A stretch of 64,000 bases of DNA, from contig NC_083409.1 in assembly GCF_020745735.1 (NCBI RefSeq), positions 18,930,341 through 18,994,340 of the forward strand, given 5' to 3'. A program made the position numbers and the translations under genes. Under the pieces are notes generated by a model, which was not told the DNA's origin, ran no database searches, and was given only the letters and a program-made list of their open reading frames with translations. Of this stretch, positions 48,501 to 63,800 are shown piece after piece. Every line of letters starts with the position of its first letter. The first letter of the stretch is position 1. Origin of the DNA: Hemiscyllium ocellatum (taxonomy: Eukaryota).

Positions 48501-51500
48501 CAACCCTTAAAGAGCACCAACCAGAACTCATTCTCCAGACTGAACCTCACTTTTACAACACAGACATTTTGGAACCTGTACAGATACTGGACATTCAACA
48601 CAATCAATACTTACTCACAGGGATATTGGGCATTCAACATCAATCAAGATACATTCATCCATACTCTTAACTGTCAGGAAGCCAACTGACCCTAAAGGGA
48701 ACACCAGAAACACATTGGACAATACAGATCTGAGGGGAGATAAAGGGACACCCAGCCTGTGTAACAGCCAGCCCTAATCTGAGGATGAGCCTTTTCAACA
48801 ACAAGTTTCTGCAGGAACAGCTTCAGCAAGCCCCAACAAGCAGCTTCAGAACCAAGAACTACAGAGGCTGAACAGAGAAGCCGAATCCAGAAATCAAACC
48901 AAGAGCATCATCGCAACAAAGGACACCCGAGAGCAGGAACACCAACCAAACGCTATCTGAACAAAAGCTTCCAGAGTCAGGCCTGTTCTGAACACATTCC
49001 CAGATTCCTTCGCCCCAGTCTTACCTCCACTCTCCACCGCACCCCCCCCCCCCCCCCCCCCCCCCCCCCGCCACAGCCATTTATCTCTCAGCTCTCAGCC
49101 CATAGGCCTTATTCTTGATGAAGGGCTTATGCCCAAAACGTTGATTCTCCTGCTCCTCGGATGCTGCCTGACCTGCTGTGCTTTTCCAGCACAACACTCT
49201 CAACCCTGATCTCCAGCATCTGCCGTCCTCACTTTCTCACAGACCTGTCCTGAGCCAAGAGAACCGACAGCGAGAACCTCACCAACAGGACACATATTAA
49301 ACCTGTATTTTCCTCGATGCTGAGCTGAAAACCCTGAGACCCCAAAGTTTCCCTCTGAGCTCGCAGGGAGGGGATGGTGGGTGGTGGCAGTGCATTGGGA
49401 CCCAAGGGTAGGGAGCCTGATTAAAGTTTGTGTGACTCAAACTGTTTTGCTTCGAATAGTAGAAAGTGAGGACTGCAGATGCTGGAGGTCAGAGTCGGAA
49501 AGTGAGGCTCTGGAAAAGCGCAGCAGGTCAGGCAGCATCCGGGGAGTAGGAGAATCAATGTTTTGGGCAGAAGCCCTTCATCAGACATGTTGGGAAGGAC
49601 GACTTGCGGAACATTTCTGGGACACATGCACCAAACAACCCCACCACCCTGTGGCCGGACACTTCAAATCCCCCTCCAACTCTGCCAAGGACATACAAGT
49701 CCGGGGCCTCCTCCACTGCCAACTCCAAGCTACCCAAAATCTGATCAGATTAGATTAGATTCTCTACAGTATGGAAACAGGCCCTTCATCCCAACATGTC
49801 CATACCAACCCTCCGAAGAGTAACCCCACCCAGACCCTCTCCCCTACCTAATATTTACCCCTGACTAATGCACATAACACTATGACAATTTAGTATGGCC
49901 AATTCAGCTAACCTACACATTCTGATTAGATTAGGTTCCCTAGAAATTGAAAACAGGCCCTTCGACCCAACCAGTTCGTACCGATCCTCTGAAGAGTAAC
50001 CCAATGAGACCCATATCACTCTGACTAATGTACCTAACACTGCGGGCAATTTAGAACGGCCCATTCACCTGACCTGCACATCTTTGGACTATGCACCCAG
50101 AGCACCCGGAGAAAACCCGGACATGGGGAGAACGTGCAACCTCCACACAGACAGTTGCCGAGGGCTGGAATCGAACCTGGGTCCCTAGTGCTGTGAGGCA
50201 GCAGTGCTAACCACTGAGATACTATGTCTGGAAGAAGAATGCCTCACTTTCCACCTTGGGACGCCCCAACCACACGACATCAATGTTGTTTTCACTAGTT
50301 TCGTTATCTCCCCTCCCCACCCCCCAACGAATATCCAATCCTCCAACTGGACACCACCCTCTTGAACCTTCCAAATCTATCCATCATCCATCCCACCTAT
50401 CTGCTCCACCATCCCTTCTGAACTATCACTATCACCTCCCCCCCACCTGCATCTACCTATCTCCTTCCCAGCTACTTTCCTCCACCCCCTGCCCCACCTT
50501 CCTATTGATCTCTCAGCCCCATTCCACTCCCACAACCTTCACGATGAAGAGCTGATGCCCGAAACATCGATTCTCCTGTCCCTCAGATGCTGCCTGACCT
50601 GCTGTGCTTTTCCAGGGCAACACTTTTCCACTCTAGCTCCTAGTAGTGTATAACCAGTGTTTAATTTGATAGTGTATTTAATTACTGTTCTCTGTATAAT
50701 GGATACTGGTAATTTCACTGTTTATTACATTTACATTTGCTCCTGTATTATACTTACCTTTTGTATTGAATAAACCCAGAGATTCCTTTGCCCTGAAACA
50801 CCCATCTACTGCCCTCTTCATTTGACATTTTTATGTAAATCCAGCAGCAGAACCAGGGATCTGGGCTAGATTCAAACCATCTAAAAATCCGCAAATTACT
50901 GATCATAAACTGGACAGGGTACCCTGATTGCACTGTAAGAGTAATTGGAGTTCTCTTGTAGTGTTGGTTCTGAAACCAAATGTTTCAATTAGATTCTGTG
51001 TAGACAGTTGGAAAGTGAATGTAGTCACAAAGATGGATTTGTACCCTATTCCCAGGCCAGGAGATTGCATTGATAGGGTAGGTAGTGTGTCATTCTTATC
51101 CAAAAGTGATTTGTTAAAAGTACCACTGACAACACGCGCAAAGGAAATTTCTGCATTTGCTGCATTCTGGATCTTTGTATACAATGGAAAACTCAAATAC
51201 GTTCTAAACATTTTGGGATGACAGGGTGTAGACTGATAGCAGCACTGAAGAAAACTAGTTTTATTCACGAAATGGTTTTGGAAAATTTATGGGATTAAAT
51301 TCAAATAAATCCACAGGATCCAATAGTCTACACCTCAGATTACTTCAGGAAATGCCCAAAATGTTTGGAAACATTGATGTTCAAGATTCTATACATTCTG
51401 GGATAATCCCCACTGACTGGAGAGTTGCTAATGTAACATCACTATTTAAAATGGAAGGGAGAGAGAAACTGGACAACTTAGACCAATCAGCCTGAAAATA

Positions 51501-54500
51501 CTCGAGTCTATTATGAAAGATTTAATCACTGAAAGACAGTGACAGGATTAGACAGAGTCAGCATGGTTTGTGGAAAGGGAAATCATGCTTAACAAATTGA
51601 CTGGAATTGCTTGAGTCTGCAAAGAGCAAATTTGACAAGAAGGAGGCAATTGACATAGTACATTTGGAAATTTTACAAGGTTTTTAATAAGTCCCACAGA
51701 AGAGAGCGTAAAAAATTAAGACTCCTGGGACTGGGGGCAGTGTACTGACATGGATAGAGAACTGGTTGGCAGGCTGGAAACAAAGAGTAAAAATAAACTG
51801 GCCTCTTTTCTGAAAGGGTACCACAGGCCTGGATCCAGCTATTCACGATATTTGTTCATGGTTTAGATGAGGGAACTTAAGAGTAATATCTCCAAGTTTG
51901 CAGATGACACAAAGCTGGGTGGAAGGGGGAGCTGTGAGGAGGATGCAGAGATACCTCAGTGTGATTTGGAGATGTTGAGTGATGGCAGATGAAATACAAT
52001 GAAGTTAAATGTGAGGTTACCCAGTTTAGTAGCAAAAATTGGAAGCAGATTATTATCTGAATGGTGATAGATTGGGAATGGGGAGATGCAATAAGATCTG
52101 GGTGTCCGTGTATACCAGTCACTGAAAGTCAGCGTGCAGGTGCTGCAGGCAGTGAAGAAGGTAACTGATATGTTACCTTCATAGTGAGAGGATTTGAGTA
52201 CAGGATCGGGGATGTCTTGCTGTAATTGTATGGGGTCTTAGTGAGACCACACCTGGAATATCCAAACCAAAACTGGTTCAGAGACAGGAGACAGTGGGTG
52301 GAGGCAGAAAGTTGTTTGTGTGATTGGGTCCAGTGTGCAGTGGGATACCACAGGGATCAGTGCTGGGTCCCTTATTGTTCAGGATGTATTGAAACAATGA
52401 AGATGAGAATGTGAGAGGTGAGGGGTGGGGGTGAGTGGATGATGACTGAATTTGTAGATGACACAAGGTTTGGCAGATGGTTGACAGTGAGGAAGAAGGT
52501 CTTAGGTTACAGGAAGATCTAACTGGATCGGTCCGATGGGCAGATCAGAGTCAGATAGAACTTACCCCTGATAACTGTGAGGTGATGAACTTTGGAAGAT
52601 ATAACAGGTCAACAAGGTATTTATGAAGGTAGACAGAACACTTGCCTTTATCATTTCAGGTATAGATGAGAAGACCAGGGAAGAGATGTTGGAGCTGTAC
52701 AGAACTTTGGTTACGCCACAGCTGGAGTACTGTGTGCAGTTCTGGTCATCACGCGATCGGAAGGATAGGATTGTACTGGAGGGGATGCAGAGAATAATCA
52801 CCAGGATGTTGCTTGGGATGAAGCATTTCAGCGATGAAGAGAGGCTGGATAAACTCGGGTTGTTTTCTTTGAAGCAGAGAAGGTGGAATGGGGACCTGAT
52901 AGAGGTGCATAAGGGTATGAAGGGAATGGGCAGAATGAATAGAAAGCAGCTTTTCCCCTTACTCCGAGTTGGCACACATTCACTGTGAAAGACAGGAGCT
53001 TTAGAGGGGATTTGAAGAGCAGGTTTTCATTCAGAGGGTCTTGGGGGTCTGGTTTGCACTGCCTGGGATGGTAGATGAGGTGGCAAATCTCTCAACCTTT
53101 TTAAACTACTTGGATGAACACTTGAAATTTCGTAACATTTAAAGCTATCGGCCTTGTGTTGGAAAGTGGGACTGGTGCAGGTTGAGTGTAGTTTGGCTGG
53201 GTACACAGTTAATGGGCTGAAGGGCCTCTTCTGTACTGTTGATTTTATGATTCTGTTGTGTGCAGTTTTGGTCTCCTTATCTGAGGAAGAATGTTCTGGC
53301 TGTGGAGGGAGGGCAGCGAGGGTTTACCAGACTGATTCCTGGGAGGACAGCACTTAGACCTGAGGAGAAATTGGATTGGTTAGGATTATATTCACTGGAG
53401 GTTAGAAGATTGAGGGGGGTCACATTGAAAAATCGAAAATCCTAACAGGATAAGGCAGGATGTTCCTGATGTCTGGGGAGTCCAGAACCAAGGATTACAA
53501 TTTAAGGATATGGGAAAGGCCATGTAGGGCTGAGATGGAGAGAAATGTTTTCATTCAGTGAATGGGAAGCCTGTGGAAGTTTCTGACATTGAAAGAAATT
53601 GAGCTCAAACCACTGAATGCTTTCGAGAAAGGGCACGATATAGTTCTCAAGGTAGAAGGGTTCAAAGGTTACGGGGACAAAGTGGGAACAGGCGATTGTG
53701 GTGGATGATCAGCCATTGTCATATTGAATGGCGGAACAAGCTCCAAGGGCTACTCCTGCTCCTAGCTTCACTGTTTGGGAGACTATTCATCAATATGGAA
53801 ACGTATTAATTGAAAACACAAATTTGCCTTGGGTTAGGAATTAGTTTGGAGGCAGGAGACAGAGAGGAGGGATAATGTGTGTGCTCTCCAATGAGCAAAA
53901 TGTGGATAGTCGTGTCCCCAAGGATCTGTGCTGGGACCTGAGTGTTTCACAATATCTCTCAATGATGTGCATAAAGGATTAGACAGCCATATATGTAAGA
54001 TTACTAACCACACAGAATGAGGCAGCTAGAAGGAGGTTACAGAGATAGGGAGGGTTGAAGGACAGGTAGGGTTTGAGAATAAGGATGAGAATTTGTAAAT
54101 CATGATGTTGTTGGACCGGGAGCCAATGTCGGTCAGTGAGGACAGTGGGGGTTGGGGATGGGGCTTGGTGCGAACTTGGATACGGGCAGCAGAGTTTGGG
54201 ATGAGCTGAAGTTTACAGAGGGCAGTGGCTGTGATGTGGCACAGGACAACATTGAATTGATCACATTTGGAGTCCCAAAGCAAAGAGATTTTGAGTGAGT
54301 GATCTCTGTGACGTGGAGATTTGGGGTTCAGATCATCCTCAAAGATAAGGCCAAGATAGCAAGGAGTCTGACACTAAATAAAAGCTGAAAAAGCTGTGGT
54401 TGCTGTAAATGAGAAACAGAAACAGATATTGCTGGAAAAGCTCAGCAGGTCTGGCACCATCTGTGGAGAGAAAGCAGAGTTAACATTTTGGGTCAAGAGA

Positions 54501-54637
54501 ACCTTTTTCAGAACTGTTCTGTTTTTGTAAAGAGTGCTCAGGGAGAGGGATGAAGTTTTTAGTGGGATCTGAAAAGGATGGATTTGATCTTCCCAATGTG
54601 TTTCCCTGTGAGCCTGGCTCCTCAGTCCTGACTGCTC

Positions 54638-54791
54638 TTAGCTGCTGTGATTGTCACTGATTGGACACTTATTATTAGAGATTCTGACCACAGCAGAAAG
54701 CCCCAGTGTAAAAAATAAATGCAAGGACTGTCAGATCGCAAGGTTGAAACTTCACTGAGAGAGGAAGTGAAAGAAGGAGCTCAGAGCAGCT
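54638..54791 (+). promoter_or_regulatory. Copy of the candidate EICE/RUNX enhancer
   Basis: Duplicate of 23279-23432; GGAAGTGAAA 54763-54772. Confidence 0.45.
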
Positions 54792-57718
54792 GGACGTTTG
54801 TTACTGAGATGGGAGAAAACTGTGAACTGTCTGCACTCCCTGGAATCTGACAGCACATAAGAACATTAAAACCAGGAGCAGGAGCAGCCTATCTGGCCCC
54901 TCAACCCCGCGCGCCATTCAATAAGATCATGGCTGATCTTTTCATGGTCTCAGCTCCCTCTACCCACCCCCTCACCATTACCCTTAATTCTTTTACTGTT
55001 CAAAAAATTATCTGTCTTAGCTTCAAAAACATTTACTAAGGAAACCTCAACGACTTCGCTGGGCAGGGAATTCCATAGATTCACCACCCTCTGGGTGAAG
55101 AAGTTCCTTCTCAATTCAGTCCGAAATCTGCTCCCCCTAGCACAGGAGGAGGCCATTCAGCCCATCATGTCTGTGAGTGATCCCACTGCCCCTCCCTCTC
55201 CCCATAACCCAGCAATTTTTTCCTTTTCAGCTCAATCTCTAGTTGCCTCTTGTAGACCTGGGTCCACAGCAGAGACTGTTCCCTAACCTGGGCTCCAAAT
55301 TGGCATCTTATTCATTCACTGGGAGACAAACTGCCTGGGCTGGGAAATGGAGCTCACGACCCTGAACATTCCCTCTCCCCTCCTGAGGGACAATTGATGC
55401 TGAGGGATAGTTCCATGGAGCCCTACAATATATACCCTACCATACACACTTCCCCATTCTGTGTGTAAAAGGCTGGAGCTTGCCAGCAGGATATTCAATT
55501 GCAGGAGCCATCATCAGTTTGATCAATTCTGACCACATTCACTTTCCAGAATGTTTAAACTCGTTACTTATATAAAATCTGTCCATCTCCTCCTACGTGT
55601 GAGGCAGGGAAGGGGCCACTCCATTTGAGACAATTTGGAATTTATGGAACAGAAATGGAGTAAGCTGGGAAAGGACATCGGAACCATACAGTTTGGAGGT
55701 GGGATGAGCAGGAATAAGGATTTTTGTGGTCAAAGAGATGATGTAGTGCAGAGGCAAACAATGTTGTGGAGATTGAAATAAGAGACCTATGTGATGGAGA
55801 GGAAGTGGAGTTTGAAGCTCCAATACTGGAGGGTCCAGTGGGAAAGAGGCCCTGGCTTACTGCTCCATTGGACATTCCAGTGGGATGGAGGCCCATGTTT
55901 CCTGATCTCTGTTGGAGGTTCCAATTGAGTCTCATGGAATTGGAATGTTGGCATTTCTTGCAGCAATTGGAATCTTGGTATTTATTATAAAAGGACTGGA
56001 TTACAGAAATAAAGAAATATTGTTACAATTCTGTGAGGCTTTGGTGAGACCACATCTGAAGCATTGTGTCCAGTTGTGGTCTCCTTACTTGATGAAGGAT
56101 ATGGTGGCACTGGATGCAGTTCAAAGGATGTTCACCAGACTGATTCCCGGGATGAAAGGGCTGTCGTACGGGAATGGCTGAATAGCTAGGGCTTGTACTC
56201 ACTGGAATTCAGTCGCAAGACGAGAGATCTGAGTGAGCTATATAAGATGCTAAAGGGGATTGATAAGGCAGACATGGAACAGATGTTCCCTCTTGTGGGC
56301 CAGACTCGAACAATAGGTCATAGATATGGAGTGAGAGGAGGTCGGTTCAAAACTGAGATGAGGAGAAACTACAGGTGGCACAGGGGTACAGTGGTGAGCA
56401 CTGCTGCCTCACATTGCGAGGGACCCCAGTTTGATCCCACCCTCAGGCAACTGTACGGAGTTTGCACATTCTCCCCCTGTCTGCTTGGCTTTCACTTGGG
56501 GGCTCCAGTTTCCTCCCATAGTCTAAAGATGTACAACCTAGGAGGACTGGCCATACTAAATTACCTATAGTGTCCAGGGATGTGTAGGTTAGGTTCATTA
56601 GTCATGGCAAATATAAGGTGACAGGGACAGGGTAGGGAGAACAGGTCTGGGTGGAATGCTCTTTCAAGGGTCATTGTAAACTTGTTGGGCCAAATGGCCT
56701 GTTTCATACTGCAGGGATTCTGTTCTATTGTAACTCCTTCTCTCAGAGTGTTGTGAATCTGTAGAAGTCACTGCCCCCAGAGTGCAGTGAAGGCAGAATC
56801 AATCAACAGATTGAAGAAAGAAACAGATAAAAGCAGGATAGAGGGCAATAGGGAGCAGTCTGGAAAGTGGAGATGAGGGTAAGACCAGCCATGATTATGT
56901 TAAATGGCAAATGGGCTTGAAGGGCTGAATTACCTATTCCTGCTCTTCATTCCGAAGTTCCAATCTTGCTACGGCAATGTGATCCATGTAACTGGTCTCT
57001 ACAGGAGGATCCAGTTGCAAGAAGTCGCAGGTTTACTGGTCTCTGTTGGAGGGGTCAGTTTGAAACTGGTCCATATTTACTGGAGAGTCCAATGAAATAG
57101 AGGCCTTTCTTTCCTGGCCTCTATTGGAAGGCCCAACAGGAATGTTCGCTCATCTCTGTTGGAGTATTCAGTGGGAAGAAGGCTCATATTTACTCATCTC
57201 CATGAGAGAGTTCAGTGGCAAAGAGGCCCATGTTTAATGGTCTGTATTTGATGGTCCAGTTGGAATGAATTCCATGTTTCCTATTCGCTACTGGAGGTTC
57301 CCAATAGGTCATGGACACCATGGTAGGTGTGGGCATCAGTTCCTTTATGTTGTAATTGTGTGATGGGTCCTGGTTTCATCCCAGAACCTGATTGTGGAAG
57401 GGGAAAGAGAAGGGAAGAGATTGGACAATGTTGTGGATGGATCAGTGGGTCAGAGTCTGTCCTGTCCGTCCAGCTCACACTGATGGCCTGAGGATCTCCT
57501 CTCTCTGCTGGGCCTTCATGGAATGAGCTTTGTGTCCAAACCAGTGAGAATGGGCCAACAGCACAGAAATGCCTTTCATTTGACAAGAATCTGTCCATCT
57601 TCCTGAGACAGGCTGATGCGTAGTCAATGTGAGAAATGGGGCCTTACTCCAGGAAAAGACATGCTTCTGTGGTCAAGAGTTAACATCCATTAGTGAGGCA
57701 GAGTTGCCAACTGGGACA

Positions 57719-57849
57719 NNNNNNNNNNNNNNNNNNNNNNNNNNNNNNNNNNNNNNNNNNNNNNNNNNNNNNNNNNNNNNNNNNNNNNNNNNNNNNNNNN
57801 NNNNNNNNNNNNNNNNNNNNNNNNNNNNNNNNNNNNNNNNNNNNNNNNN
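57719..57849. other. Assembly gap (131 N), same flanks as 26360-26492
   Basis: ctgggaca / tgaaagcgaga flanks. Confidence 1.
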
Positions 57850-59055
57850 TGAAAGCGAGAGAGGGATAGAGAGAGTCTGAGGCAATGTAAGATGAGTAAA
57901 AGGAGAGAGAGAGCAAAATAGAGGGAGATAGAGATGGTAAGGTTAAAGAATAGAGAGAGAGAGAGAGAGAGATAGGGTATGGGACAGTGTGACTGAGAGA
58001 GAAGAATAGAAAGGAGAGAGAAAAAGACAGAGTGAGTGTGAGACTAGGGGTAAAGGGAATCGAGTGAGAGAGACAGACAGACAGACAGACAGGTTCTGGT
58101 CACCACATTATGAGAAGGATATGACTGTACTCAAGAGGATGCAGAGCAGATTTCCCAGGATGCTGCCTGGCCTGGAGGGTCTGAGCTATGAGGAAGGATT
58201 GGAAAGGCTGGGATTGTTTCTCTTGGAGCAGTGAAGGTTGAGAGGGAACCTGCTAAAGGGCTATAAGATTATGAGGGGCAGAGATAGAGTGGACAGGAAG
58301 GCAATTTTTCCATAAGTAGAGGAATCAATACCCAGGGCAGATTTAAGATAACACAGACGGACAAAGATAGAAACAGGGAGAAGGAGTAGGGTTAGGGTTG
58401 GGGTTTCGCCCTGTGAGGCTGCTCTATCATTCAATATGATCATGGATGATCGTCTCCCTCAATGCCAAGCTGGGATTAGTATTGTTAGATCATTGATGAC
58501 CTGGATAGATTTGTTTAATGCTGTTCATGTCATTGAGCTTCTGATTGAGAGAGGGACAGAAAACACACAAAGAGAAAGAGAGAGAGAGAGAGAGAGAGGT
58601 TCACATTGTGAGATTGAGTGAGAGGACAAGGCATTTAACAGCTACCCCAGGACTCAGTGTTCCAATATACCAGAATAGCGCCTGCTATAGAGATCAATTA
58701 GAGAGTGACAGGAGGGAGGGACATAAACAAAGAGAGAATGAGAGAATGAGAGATTGAGGGTATGAGGAGAGAACAAGTGAGGAAACAGGTAGATAGATAA
58801 GTGAAGGAGACCAACAGATGATAAGAGACAGAGAGAGAGAGATCAACCAACACAGAAGGAAAGGGAGATAAACAGAGTGTCAAACACACATGGAAAAAGG
58901 GAAAGATATAAGTGGTTATATAATTGGGAGAGGACAGAGTCGGAAATGGAATAGAAAAAGAGGGAGTAAGTCAATGAATGACAGAATATATACAAGAGAA
59001 AGGGGAGAAAGAGAGAAAATGGAAAAGGGATGGAGAAAGTTCGGAAGGATGAGCA

Positions 59056-59092
<37 letters not shown>

Positions 59093-59109
59093 AGAGGAAG
59101 TGTGGAGGC

Positions 59110-59189
59110 TGACGTGGCTCTCTCTGCCCGATGTCATTTACATACTGAGGAACACCCAGTCAGACTCTCACAGGCTGCAGCTTTATAAA
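59110..59189 (+). promoter_or_regulatory. V promoter (copy 2)
   Basis: Same TGACGT, TCATTTACAT and TTTATAAA as 27753-27832. Confidence 0.7.
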
Positions 59190-59249
59190 GCAGAGCCCAG
59201 TGAAGGGAGAGTTTATCAGGAACCAGGCACAGGGACAGCAGCACACACC

Positions 59250-59298
59250 ATGATTTCACACATCGAGTTGGTCTGGCCCCTGGCATTCTGCATCGCAG
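59250..59298 (+). CDS. IGKV: Ig kappa-type leader exon (copy 2)
   Basis: No difference seen from 27893-27941. Confidence 0.9.
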
Positions 59299-59466
59299 GT
59301 ACATCAGCAATCTCTCCTTCCAACCTGAATCTTTAGCCCTCCATTTTACTTCAGTTCCACAGATTGTGATTGAAGGGAAAATGCTCAGTGTCTTCAACAA
59401 TTTCTCATTTGACATGCTCTTTTTTTGAAAGTTCTGATTTCACTGTGTTTCTCTCTGACCCCTCAG

Positions 59467-59768
59467 GTATCAGCGGAGACATCATCATGACCCAGTCTCC
59501 CCCGGTGCTGTCAGTGGGACTGGGCCAGACCGCAACACTCACCTGTAAATCCAGTCAGAGTGCCACGACTGATGTTGAATGGTTCCAGCAGCGAGAAGGA
59601 CAGAAACCCTCTCTCCTGATCTACAATGCAGTAATACGAAACACAGGAGTCTCCGACAGATTCACCGGGACAGAAGTGTCCATCACACACTTCACCCTGA
59701 CAATCACCAACGTTCAGAATGAGGATGTTGCTGACTATTACTGTCAGCAAAGTAGGAGCTGGCCTTGG
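59467..59768 (+). CDS. IGKV: Ig kappa-type V exon (copy 2)
   Basis: Translation identical to 28110-28411. Confidence 0.95.
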
Positions 59769-59796
59769 CACAGTGATACAGAGCCATACAAAAACC
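59769..59796 (+). other. 12-RSS (copy 2)
   Basis: CACAGTG-12-ACAAAAACC. Confidence 0.97.
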
Positions 59797-60330
59797 TCAA
59801 TACACACAGCACCACTGCCTGTACTGACACATCCCACTGCTATATATAATATATAATAATGGACACAAAGTCCCACCTCCTGCCCTGACACATCCCACCA
59901 CCATACATAATATATAATAATGAACACACAGTCACAGTTATATATAAACAAAACTTAACAAATTAGCTCCATGCCAGGCTTGTCACTATTCAGTCCCTGT
60001 GGTATTCACTGCTCACTTAAAGCCTCAAGTTTCCTTATTAAACATATAAGCACATGTGAAGAGCAACTGCAAGGGTGAACTGTGAAAAATAAAGTTCACA
60101 AACCTCCCAAACCCAGCTGGACACAGCCCAGACAGAGAGACAGGGACTCAACAGAAAGAGAGAAACAGTTTGAGAAAAACAGAGATAAAAGACATAGGTG
60201 ACAGTGAGAAAGACAGTGAGAAGGTGAGAGTAAGTGACAGACAAAGGGGGACAGGGAGAAGGTGAAAGTGAATGAGTGACAGAGAGAGAAAGGAAGAGGG
60301 TGAGAGTGACAGAGGGAAGCAGAGAGCTAA

Positions 60331-60369
60331 GGTTTTTGTACAGCCTCTGCACTGGGTGCTCTCACTGTG
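60331..60369 (-). other. 23-RSS (copy 2)
   Basis: GGTTTTTGT-23-CACTGTG. Confidence 0.97.
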
Positions 60370-60404
60370 GTACACGTTCGGTAAAGGAACCAAGCTCAGA
60401 CTGA
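60370..60404 (+). CDS. IGKJ: Ig kappa-type J segment (copy 2)
   Basis: YTFGKGTKLRL plus A|GTAAGT. Confidence 0.95.
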
Positions 60405-60778
60405 GTAAGTAAACCTCAATCCTCTGTTATTAACCCTGTCAATACTGAAACACAATTTCTAAAATACAAATGCTGAATTGTTCAAGGTGTTAGTGAGAAG
60501 CTGCAGTGAATGAAATAATTGATTGAGGAGCACTGTGTCTAACAGGGTGTCTAGCTGTATTTATTTAGTTCCATTGCTCTCTTTAAGCAGCAAGATATAA
60601 GTCAGTAAGTTTTACTCACCGTGTGGAGGAGCTCTGTCCATTTGCAGCCTGTGGTCCCATTCCTGCAGCATGGAGTGAAATCAGTGAGTAGCCTCCTGCC
60701 AGTCTCAGTGTGACGGACACGGGGCAGAGTTTGATGTGAGCTCTGGCTCCCTGTCCCAGTCTCTGATCTCACTGACCT

Positions 60779-60810
<32 letters not shown>

Positions 60811-63800
60811 CAGTGAGACACTGAGCTCCCACCTCTCCCAGCTTTAACTCTGCTCAATCACACAATCACAGAATTGTAACAGTGCACACGGAGGCCATTC
60901 CACCCATCCTGTCTGCACCAGCTCTCCGAATGAGCAATACACTGAGTGTCATTCTCCTGCCTTCTCCCTGTCACCCTGCACATTGTTCCTTTTCAGATAA
61001 CAGTCTCATTCCCTTCGGAATGTTTCATTGAAGCTGCCTCCACCACACTCTCAGGCAGCGCATTCCACACCTTAACCACCCACTGGCTGAAAATATTTTT
61101 CTTCATCCCACTTTTGTTTCTTTTACCAATTACTTTCAATCTGTGGTCTCTCCTCTCAATCCTTTCTCAATTGGGAACATTTTCTCCCTGTTTACTCTGT
61201 CCAGACCCCTCCTGATGTTGAATTCCTCAAATACATCTCCTCTCAGCCTTCTCTTCTCCAAGGAAGACAGTCCAAATTTCTCCGTTGTATTTTCATAACT
61301 GGCATTACTCATCCTTGAAACTTCCACGGTTTTTTTTAACATATCTGCAAAATATTCACTTCCTTCGTGAAATATTCACCTTATCTATTCCCTATAGTCC
61401 TGTTTGCCTGCATGTGGCTAAAATTTCTGTCGACCTTTCCTATCCATGTTATAATCAGACTCGCCTCTACAACCTCCTCTCACAGTTCATTCATACACGC
61501 ACTGCCCTCTAAGTGAAAGAGATGCACCTCAGGTCCCTTTTGAATCTTTCCCCTCTAACCTTAAATGTCTGTCCTCTAGTTTTGGACTCCCCTATCCTGG
61601 GGAAAAGACCTTGACTGGTCACCTTATCTATGCCCATTATGATTTTATAAACCTTTAAAATGTCACCCCGTAGCCTCTGACCTTCCAAGAAAATAGCCCA
61701 GGCCTAACCAGCCTCTCCTTATAACTCAAACCCTCCAGTCTCGGTGACATCCTTGTCATCCTTTTTACACCCTCTCCAGTTTAATGACAGCCTTCCAATA
61801 GCAGCGTGACCAGAAATGTGGCCTGACCAACTCCTATACCCAATGCTCTGACTGGCAAGTGTAACCAAATGCTTTCTTCACCACCCTGCCGACATGTGAC
61901 TCCAGTTTCAAGGCATTATATGCCTCCACCCCTTGATTTCCCTGTTTGACAACACTCCCCATTGCCCCATAATTAACTGTGTAAACCCTGGCCTAGTTTT
62001 TGTACCAAAATTTAACACCTGCCTATTATCTCAATATGGAATGTAAATATGCTCTCAAATAGCCTTCGTCACTGCCCGCTATGCCACCAATTTTGGTGTC
62101 ATCTGCAAACTCACAAACCATACTTCCTATATTTTCATTCAAATATTTTCTATAAATGACGAACAATGATGAACCCCGAACCAACTTTTTACCACACCGC
62201 TGGTCACAGGGTTCCAGTCTGAACAATAACCTTCTACCACCACTCTCTGTCTCCAACCATCAAACCAATTTTTACCAATTGGCTTGCTCTCCCTGGATTC
62301 CATTTGATGTAACCTTGCGGGAACTTGTCAAAGGCCTTGCTAAAGTCCATGTAGACAATGTCTACCACTCTGCCTTCAGTTATTAACTTGGTCATGTCTT
62401 CAAAAAACTCAATCAAATTTGTGACACAATTTCCCACTTACAAAGCCATGTGGATTATTCCTAATCGATCCTTGTCTTTTCAAATGTGTGTAGATCCTAT
62501 CTTTCAAAATCCCTTCAATAACTTACTCACCACTGGTATCAGACTCACCTTGCAGACTTTATTAACTAACAGCACAACATCATTCAAGCTCCAGTCTTCC
62601 AGCACATCACCCGTGGCTATTGATGATACAAACATCTCTGCAAGGGGCATCGCTGTCTCTTCCCAAGTTTCCCAGAAACTGCTGGGATAGACCTGATCCG
62701 GTCCTGGGGATTTATCTACTTTAATGAGTTTTAAGAACAGATTACAGCACCTCTTCGTCTGTAATATGGACTCTTCTCAAGACATCAACAGTTATTTCCC
62801 AAATTTCTTCACTTCCATGTCTTTCTCAACTGTAAATATTGCGGTAAAATATTAGATTTGTGACTCATCCATATTTTGTTTGAAAAAGAAATGAAAATTT
62901 CTAAGTGTGAGACATTTGGAGGTGATACGTGGGATATGATCCATGGTCCTGACTTTACTCTGGATTGTCCTTTGTCCTTTTCCACTGTCTCCCTAAACCT
63001 TGTGATACAATGATCACTCTTCTCTAAATGTCCTCTCACTGACACTTGATCCACTTGAGCCTCCTCACTCCCAAGATCCAGGTCTAGCAGAGCATCCACT
63101 CCCATTCACCAGGAAACATACGGCTGAAGAAAAATCACTGAGCACAATCTCACAACTCTGGCCCTCTTTGTCCTTCACACTGCTCCTATCCCATTCTATA
63201 TTCTGATAACTAAAGTCCCCCTAATGTTTGCACTTCACTGTAAATTCCTTCCAGGTTTGTTCCTCTCCATCCTTCCCACTAGTCAGTGACCTACAGACTG
63301 CACTGAAAAAACTGATTGCACATTTTGTTTCTGATCTTGAACCAAATCGGTTCTGTCCTTGACCGCTCTGGGACATCCTCTTTCTCCAGCTCTGCACCGA
63401 TCTCCTTAACCAATCCCACACCTCTCACTCTTCCCCCACTTTCCTATCTTTCCTAAATGCTTTGTATCCAGGAATATCTGTGTCTGTAACTCTCCAATCT
63501 TATTTGTTTCTTTAAATGATGAACAATGATGAACCCCGAACCAATCCTTTTGCCACACCGCTGGTCACAGTCTTCCAGTCTGAATAATAACTTTCTACCA
63601 CCACTCTCTGTCTCCAACCATCAAACCAATTTTGTACCAATTGGCTTGCTTGCCCTGGATCCCATTTGATCTAACCTTACTAACCAGTTGTCCATGTGTG
63701 CAGTCCCATACAGTCAACCGGATTTAGAATTTATTACTCTCTCCCTCACTCTGACCTTGCCCAAGAAGTTACTATTCCTTATTCTCGTGTATCTATCTCC